A DNA stretch of 60,171 nucleotides, the filler included, from Bipalium vagum (Eukaryota), in the NCBI GenBank assembly GCA_037834085.1. It is 3 parts of 3 records of this genome, joined end to end, with 100 filler letters (N's around TTAATTAATTAA, not from the genome) between each part and the next. Parts side by side here need not be neighbours in the genome. Positions count along the whole stretch, not along the records: positions 43,465 to 60,171 come from JBBMKC010097189.1; 2 more parts are not named here. One strand, 5' to 3'. Under the pieces are notes generated by a model. The model saw only the letters and a list, made by a program, of their open reading frames with translations. It had not been told where the DNA came from and ran no database searches. Below, piece after piece: positions 52,411-60,171 of this stretch; position 1 is the first letter of the stretch, and each line of letters opens with the position of its first letter. The position numbers and the translations under genes are program-made.

Positions 52411-55400
52411 GGTTCATTTATTAACTTAAACTTTATCTAGTGAAGCACTCCAAAACCTTTATTTCTGATATGATATCAAGCCCATAAACGAAACATAATT
52501 TTTAACGACATCATCATAATTTTCCCTTTCCATGAAATAAAATTTTATTACGCATCGAATGTATTCCTTAAACGTTGATATATTTTGCGAATACGGATAA
52601 TTGTTCGGACAAATGTTATTAATATAATTTATATTAATATTTATTTTAAAAATTTATTTTACTAATACAGTTATTACAATTTCAAACTTATATTTTGCCT
52701 GTAATTTAAATTAAAACAATCTATGACGAAGACGGTGGAAACTTTCAGTTCACCTAAAATTGCTGAATCGAAATATTGTTACTGTTATACCATTTGACTA
52801 AATTATTATATATTAGATATACTTTAATGTTATTAAAATGCATACGTATATTATAAACAGTTCAAGTTCAAATGTGTATAATTATAATATAAAAAATAAA
52901 ATATTAATTCAATTACGAAACAGGGAAAAGGATGTCGTAATTATTTATTACTGTAATTTGTACGTAATTCTCATAATAAGTAAACAGTTTCTTTTCCTTG
53001 TGTTGAGAAAGTTAACTTATTTATAGTTTAAAAATATAATTTATTTGCGATCATTCCATTCACTATTGTTGAATAAATATTTAATTTATTTATACTTTCC
53101 AGTAAATCTTAGTCTTCCGGGAATAAACCGGATTTACTTCTTTGATTGAAAAATTCACAGAAAATTTCTCTGTTTAATAATGATTGAAATAGCGCTGTTT
53201 TCCATCACAATTGCATTAATAAAAACAATGAACAATTTTTAAAGTTATAATTATTAAACAATTAACATATCAACATGTAAATATTATTTTAAGGAAATAA
53301 TATTTGATAATATTTATTTACCATTTGTACAATTATTAAGAATTCATCAACTAATATAAAAATGACTACTGCCAAGTGTTTATTGATGTAAAATTATAAA
53401 TTAAAGAATTTATTTTTATTAATTATTATTTATAAATCGAAAAGCATAATATTGCACATCTGTTTCCTTCAGTTAAGCGGCGTAAAATATTTTAAAGAAT
53501 CAAACATCTTCTATAACAATTCTTTTCATGTCATACCTTCACGAATTCATGATGAGTCAACGGCAAAAAAACTAGTTTATCTCATTTATGTGTAATTTTA
53601 CTTTCTAAATGCACGCTTTGAATTTTATATTCTTACATTAAATGAAATTTTAATCAAATATCTTAGCCGTTTATTTATTTTTACCTCGTTCAGAATACTG
53701 ATGTCAATTTTACGCCGTTTAACTAAATGATTACCCCATAAAGAATTCTAAAATGGTCAGTATTGAAAATGAAGCTTTTCATATCATCATGTTAACTCCA
53801 TATGGGTACGAAATCATTGAAACCATGAAGTATATTTCAATAAATTTCTTAATCCAGGTTCATCAATTGTTTTATTTATATTTTTACTTATTTATATTTT
53901 ATACAAATTCATATCCTCATAGACAGAAAATATAAAGTTCTTTCAGGAAGTGTGTCGAAAACCTATTCTAAAATTCTATTGGTAAATATGTAAAAAAATA
54001 TGTAAAATACTTTTATGAAAGAATAAAAAAATGAAAAAAGAATAATGTCACCAATTTTGGTTTATTCTTATTATTGTGATAATCAGAAAATTGATTAGAT
54101 ATGCTTTCGGTAAATGATGGAAAAAACATTTACTTCCAAGAGAGATTATTTGTGTTCGCAGTGCAAATGGAGATGAAAAATTCATAGAAATCAAAGAAGC
54201 TAAAAAATATTTTTGATAATGATGAATACTTATTTCTTTTCTTATCTTTTCTACCGTACATGGTTCTTAATTGATATAAATCAACAAAAATATGAAAATC
54301 TATTGCAAATTATCAAAAAATTAATATTGAAGAAAAATTGTTTGAAAAGTTTTCCTGGAGGTTATTTAAACATTTTAATTTAAACGTATGAAAACCTAAA
54401 ATAAATTATAAAAATATATAAAATATAAACTGTCTTGTACAAATTCGAATATAAATCGACATTCATTAAAATAAATAATGAAAAGGTAATTGAACAAAAA
54501 TAGAATTCATTCTGATGAAAATCAAAAAATAATTGATAAGATAAATAATTTATAATAATAATTATATATAATAATAATTAAAATTAAAAATATCAACTAA
54601 ATAAAATTATTTTAATTACATTATTTAATTATTATTAATGATATTAATTAAAATTAAAAGTTATAATACAATATAATATGATATATTTTAAATACAACTT
54701 TTAATTTCTTTTATTATATTTATTATAATATTATAAATCATAAGAGAATGATTTTAGATTGGCGTAGAAATAATATCTGTTTTTAAATTTATTTTTCTGC
54801 TTCTGCCTTCTATATCAATATTGTTATATATAAATTTAAAGCACTTATCATAATTAATAATCAAGTAGTTTGTTGTTTAAATGCATCATTTCATTTAAAT
54901 CTATTAGCCATTTTAGTAAATTTTACAAAACCAAAAATTCGGACAATTTTGAATTCAAACTTGGTGGTGATGCTTCGAAAGTGACAAGATTAAACAATTT
55001 CTGAAAGAAGCATTCGTAGATGGTTTGAAAAAAATTAGGGACACCATATCAACTTCAATATTTATAATATTAATAAATAAATAATAATTAAATACATTTA
55101 TTCATTAATGTAAGCTTAATGAAAATATCAACAAAATGTCACTTTAATTTTTACAACTTTTAATTTCTTTTCTTATTGTTTCTACAAAGAAAATAATTAT
55201 TTTCAAAAAAGTATTCTTCATTCTAAATTATGTCTAATTATACAAAATATTTAAATGTTAATATTATTTTTTTCATAATATTTTAAATTTTTAAAATCTT
55301 TAAATTTTGTGTTATACCAATAATAAATAAAATAAAAAATTTGAGAAAAATAAAATAAATGTATCTAAAAATCTGTGGAAAAAAAAACAAAATAAACACT

Positions 55401-56091
55401 GCTTTAAAAATCAATTTCTTGATAAAATAATTATTTAATTGCTTCAAGAGGAAAAAACATTTTTTGAAAAAGTAAATTAATTACTTGTTTTGAAGATTCA
55501 TTAATGAATACTTTACAATTTGGAAAATAATGAAGAAATATTTTTATTTTTCGTGAGTATTATTCAAAACATAATATATTCAGTGAAGAAAAATTTTAGT
55601 ACCATTTTAAATATACGGCTAATATATTTTTAAAGTGGTACAGTAGTCAGAAATTGATTAAATATTTTTTCTTCTTTTTTAATTCAAGAAATAGATTTAA
55701 AATATTTTTATATTTATTTATTTATATAAAATTTTAATAATTTTCAATAGAAATATTTTATAATGATAAGCATCCAGACAAAGATTTAAATGGTGTATTA
55801 TTTACGATAATTGGATGATTACTTTTATATATATGAAGCATGATAATGGACTGGATTTTATAAAATTTTATAATTTTATAAAATAATATTATATAAAAAA
55901 ATTATTGTTATTATTCTACACGAGTAACAATAAACTTAAAATATGGGTATTTTGAGCCTAATTATTCTTTAATAATTTATAATTCACAACTGCATTGGAT
56001 ATGGATGCGGTTATCAATGGGCTAAGATTTCATGGAAGCAAACAAATAATGGCAGCTTCGGTAACGTTAGACCTCGTAAAAACATCTTATA

Positions 56092-56225
56092 GTAACAGAA
56101 ATTAAGATTGAAATGGTAACTGAATGTTTGCACAATGTGATTGACCAAGGGTTTTTGCATTCTGATGTGTAGTATTATATCGATTTGATTCGACCAGTGC
56201 TTTGATTTTGTTGATAAAATAATTA
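56092..56225 (+). mobile_element. LINE (CR1/L2-like) reverse transcriptase fragment
   Basis: TEIKIEMVTECLHNVIDQGFLHSDV*YYIDL then, frameshifted, FDFVD (cf. STExAL..V..L...D.G....V.FxDL.KAFDxVD). Confidence 0.5.
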
Positions 56226-56667
56226 CGTAGGTAATGAAACAATAAATTCATGAAACCCTACATAAATCATATTCAACAATTTTTCTTTTATCTTTGAATT
56301 TCTTGGTGGAATAAATAATATTCTTAATGAATTTGAGTAAATTATTTTATTCTTTGTTTATAAATTCAAAATTACTTATTTTATTTATTATTTGTAAATT
56401 AATATTTAGTTTTGTTATTTTTTAATCAATCAAAATTGGTGGTAAGAGTGTGAAATAAACAATTAAACTCATCGAAGCTCATTTAATAAATCATGTAACT
56501 AAAGTCAATGAATTCTTTTTATTAAAAATGTTTTCAAATATTAAGAATATTTTTCAAATTGTTGAAATCTTTAAAAAAGAAGGTAAAGCAAAAAGTAAAG
56601 AGAAATCTTTGAACAACCTCTATTTAAAACGAGGTCAACTAAAATAAATATAATAATTTTTGCAGTA

Positions 56668-57349
56668 TAGAGTGTTTCAAAAAAACAGCGCTTTTGAAAA
56701 ATGTCTGAAAAATGAAAATTTTTAATACAATAACTGGCACTTCAGATGTACTATTGGAGGAATCTAAGGCAACCACCTTACTCTCAAAATCATTTATTGA
56801 ACAAGTTCGTTTTCGAAATCTGTAACTTGATAGAAGAAAAACAAGATTTCCGAATATTAATTCTCTCTCTGATTATCTGGCAACTTTCATGAAGAATAAA
56901 ATTTCAAAATTGAATCTGCCTACAGAATTTGAAAACCTACAAAATCACTCTCAGGAGGAGATTATATCTAACTGCTTGCTTTTGTATATATATATTGTAT
57001 ATATACCAACTGTGGAAAGCAGTCGAGAAAGAATGGAAAATCATTAATACAGAACATTGTCAGAGTCTATCATAATTCCTACCCAGACGGCTCAAGTTGC
57101 TTAAATTGGCCAAATGGAAATATATCCCTTATTAATATTTTTTATTTACTTAATGAGATATTGTTTGAAAATTTTTGTAAAATTGTTAAAATAAATGTTG
57201 TCATAATATATGATATAAATTATGTAAGCCTCATTTTTTTGTCCAGGTGTGTATATTTATTGTTTTGCTGAATATTTTGAATATTATATATATTTTCACA
57301 GTAAATATTTTATAATTTGTATAAAATCGCTGTTATTTTAAACACCGTA
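56668..57349. mobile_element. TIR element enclosing a Tc1 fragment
   Basis: TAGAGTGTTTCAAAAAAACAGCG vs (rc) TACGGTGTTTAAAATAACAGCG. Confidence 0.6.
57005..57251 (+). mobile_element. Tc1-like transposase 3' end with right TIR
   Basis: QLWKAVEKEWKIINTEHCQSL..PRRLKLLKLAKWKYIPY*; terminus (rc) TA-CACACCTGGACAAAAAAATGAG. Confidence 0.8.
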
Positions 57350-58299
57350 TATATTATTAATTTTACCGCTGAGATTTCTCAAATAAATTGTAATAGCAAT
57401 AAGAAAAATAATAAATACTACTTAAAAAGTTGAATATAAAAATAAGATCTCATCACATTTTCCAATAAACAGATATACTTACATAAAACATTTATGAGAA
57501 CATTTTCTGATTTTGGGACTGTGTTCAAGAAGTTTTTTACATTTGCTATTTGGCACTTCAGAATTTCTCCACTATGCTCTTTCCGTAACCGTAGACGCAA
57601 ATTGGATTCACTTCTGTACCTATTTTTTAAAAATCAAACTAATTCTACATTTTCTTAATTTGATATCAAAGCACTCCATCCTTACTGAAATATACTTTTA
57701 AATGTTAATATAAAGACAGATAAATATTTGGAAATATTTTATCACTTAAATATTTATTATTTAGTTATTAATTAATTAATAATCACTTAATTATTTATAG
57801 TGTGTGTATTGTGTAAAATAGTGTCATTCAATGCATTCATTTTCAAGAATATTCGGTAATGTTAAAAATTAAATTATTATTATAATATTATTATCATTGA
57901 TGAAGTCAATAAATAATCACTTAGTAAACATGTGCGATTCTCTCAAATAATGTACTAAATTAAAATTTTTCATTCTTTCCCTAACATTTCCTTTTCCGGT
58001 TTTCCACGAATTTTCATAATTTAAATTTTCCAATATGCTTAATTAAAAGTTTTCAATGGAAAATAAATGCTGATTTCGAAAATTGAACCATGAATCAAAA
58101 ATGATAAATATCGGAGAAAATTATCCATTATCACCAATAAAAGATTATAATTTTTTTTTGCTTATAGATACATTATTGTTCTTGGCAAAGGTCTGAAATG
58201 AAGATTATCTAACTTTCAAAATCCATTTAATATGTATATCAAATGAGTATCAATTCTTTAGATATTTTAATTACTAATTCTTATTTTTAATATTGATTA

Positions 58300-58610
58300 G
58301 ACAAATTTTACTGACTATCTATTGGAAAATATGATTTAGTGGTATACTAGGTTATTTTCTATTTTGAAACGATAACTGCTGATGTGTACTGTGCTTCCTG
58401 AAGAAATTATAAGAAATTGAAAAAAGTACCAAAAATTGGCAAACAGTAAAGGAATCATTATTCATCAGAAGTATGCGTGACTACATAGGCAAAGAAGACA
58501 GTCCAGGAGATATTGACTTTGGATAAGAAATTTTATCTTATTTTTCTTACAGTTTGGATGTTGCATTTTCTAACTACCATCTGTCCTGCCGCCTAGAACT
58601 TTTCGATTCC
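58300..58610 (+). mobile_element. Degenerate mariner transposase relic
   Basis: ETITADVYC, PKLANSKGIIIHQKYA, SYSLDVAFSNYHL. Confidence 0.8.
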
Positions 58611-60037
58611 AGCCAGTAAATTCTTATAAAGATACCATTTTAAATTACTTTTTAGATGAAGTGACATTGTAGAAAGCAATAGTGCCTATGTATTTAAATA
58701 ATATACCAGTTTTGTGTCATCTTTGTTAAAGTTTTTCTGTAAAAATAACATTACTGATGTGTAGATCTGATAACCTCAAAGAATCACTTTTTGAAAATCA
58801 TCATCTTTTAAAGAATCATCATCTGAAAGAAAAATAATTGATACTTTCCTTAAGGATCCAAAACAACGTGAAAGATAAAAAATATATAAATGTTGGAATA
58901 ATTGCTAATTCCTACAGTGAACTTAGAATATATTTCTTTTTTATATTTTCGATTGAAACTTTTGTGCAGATTCAAAAATGCATACGTTATTAATTTACAA
59001 CCTTAATGAAACAAATAAGCATATTAAAGGAAACTCAATATCTCTGATCGATATCAGACAAAAAATATTGATGATTTTGATAAAATAAATAAAATCGGTT
59101 TATTTTAATTAATTACTTTTAATTACTTTCCTCAAAAAAATTTCAATCGCTCTGACATTCCTTTATATTATGTTTCAACAAAGTCGTAAATTTTTATTTT
59201 ATGATAACGTGTCAAAAGTTGACCATCTTAAGTATAATAAATCATGTTCATTTACGTATCCAACTTGTCCATTTTCCAATACAAAATATTAATGACTTTG
59301 GCTTTTGAAACAATGTTTCTAAATTATTAATAAAATTCTCAATTAAATTTCCGCCGAAATTTTATAAAATAATTAGATAACAATATTCCAATCGTTTTAA
59401 ATTGGAAATTTTAATTTTATTAAAATTAGCTGAGCTCATTCATGAATATTTATTTATTTTATTATTTAATTACTTTTAGCACATAATTTAATTCGTTAAA
59501 ATTGCATTTAATTAAAGTGAAAAAACAGATTTTACTAAAATAATTATCTTAATTTAATACTGACAAAACGACTAATAAATTATGCGTTTTTAATTTAATT
59601 TTTTTTTATTTCTAATAATTAATAGAGGTTTTCGAAAATTTTTAAGCCCAAAAAGAATAAAATCCAAATTATAACTGGTTTTATTGAATAAATAATTGGC
59701 ATTTTCATATATATGTTTTGTCATTTTTGGTTAAAGAATATACGGAATACAATCCAGGATTTGATTAAAAAAGAATCGATATTCTGAGGTGTGGCGTGTT
59801 CGTTTCAAAAGATTAGTGGTCTTCGTTCTTTCCAATACATTTAATTTTTCCACATTTCCTTGCACATCGAGTATTACATTAGAAGAAATAGAATATTACA
59901 TTAGAATCTGTAGGACGTATTTGGTGTAACGAGAACTAGACCGAAAATAAAAAAAATGATTTTGTACAGCATTTTCTATAATTAAATCCTGGGCTTGTAT
60001 TAGGGGATGGATGAATTAGAAGCCACCATAGCTTCTA

Positions 60038-60171
60038 TTAGGTTGTCCAGTATAAAATTGCGGATTTTTTATATTAATTTTCAAATTAAATTTTATCAAA
60101 AACGTTAACAATAAATTGTTTGTTTATATATACCAAATTAAAGAGTAACTTTCAAACTTTAATATAAATAT
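60038..60171. mobile_element. Probable mariner terminus running off the window
   Basis: TA-TTAGGTTGTCCAGTATAAAATTGCGGATTTTT resembles the other mariner TIRs in the window; no partner is visible. Confidence 0.55.

Noticed and set aside
54350-54445. HFNLNV*KPK reminiscent of Sola-type transposases
   Set aside because: A single weak motif in low-complexity sequence
57549-57571. TTTGGCACTTCAGAATT, miR-96-family-like seed
   Set aside because: No complementary arm nearby, so no pre-miRNA hairpin

Overview
A very AT-rich (roughly 75-80% by eye) eukaryotic, probably invertebrate, genomic window from a draft scaffold with three N-gaps; two of the gaps carry an artificial TTAATTAATTAA spacer. I find no intact protein-coding gene. 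The ORF track consists of transposon relics, their antisense frames, microsatellite frames or chance ORFs. About 20 degraded transposable-element relics are recognisable from peptide motifs and/or terminal inverted repeats (TIRs): many mariner copies, DD37D/maT-type and Tc1 fragments, Tigger/pogo elements, small MITEs, LINE RT fragments and a probable BEL/Pao relic. Between them lie TE-poor, higher-complexity islands that look regulatory, as in a gene desert or large intron. The most unusual feature is a 762-bp non-autonomous mariner (4494-5255) with both TIRs and TA target sites that contains a near-canonical but 3'-truncated tRNA-Leu(AAG) plus upstream flank, pointing antisense into the transposase remnant. 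Second is a GC-rich long hairpin/G-quadruplex at 37671-37761 whose minus strand resembles miR-153. All calls were made by eye without database searches, and short exons of a spanning gene cannot be excluded.
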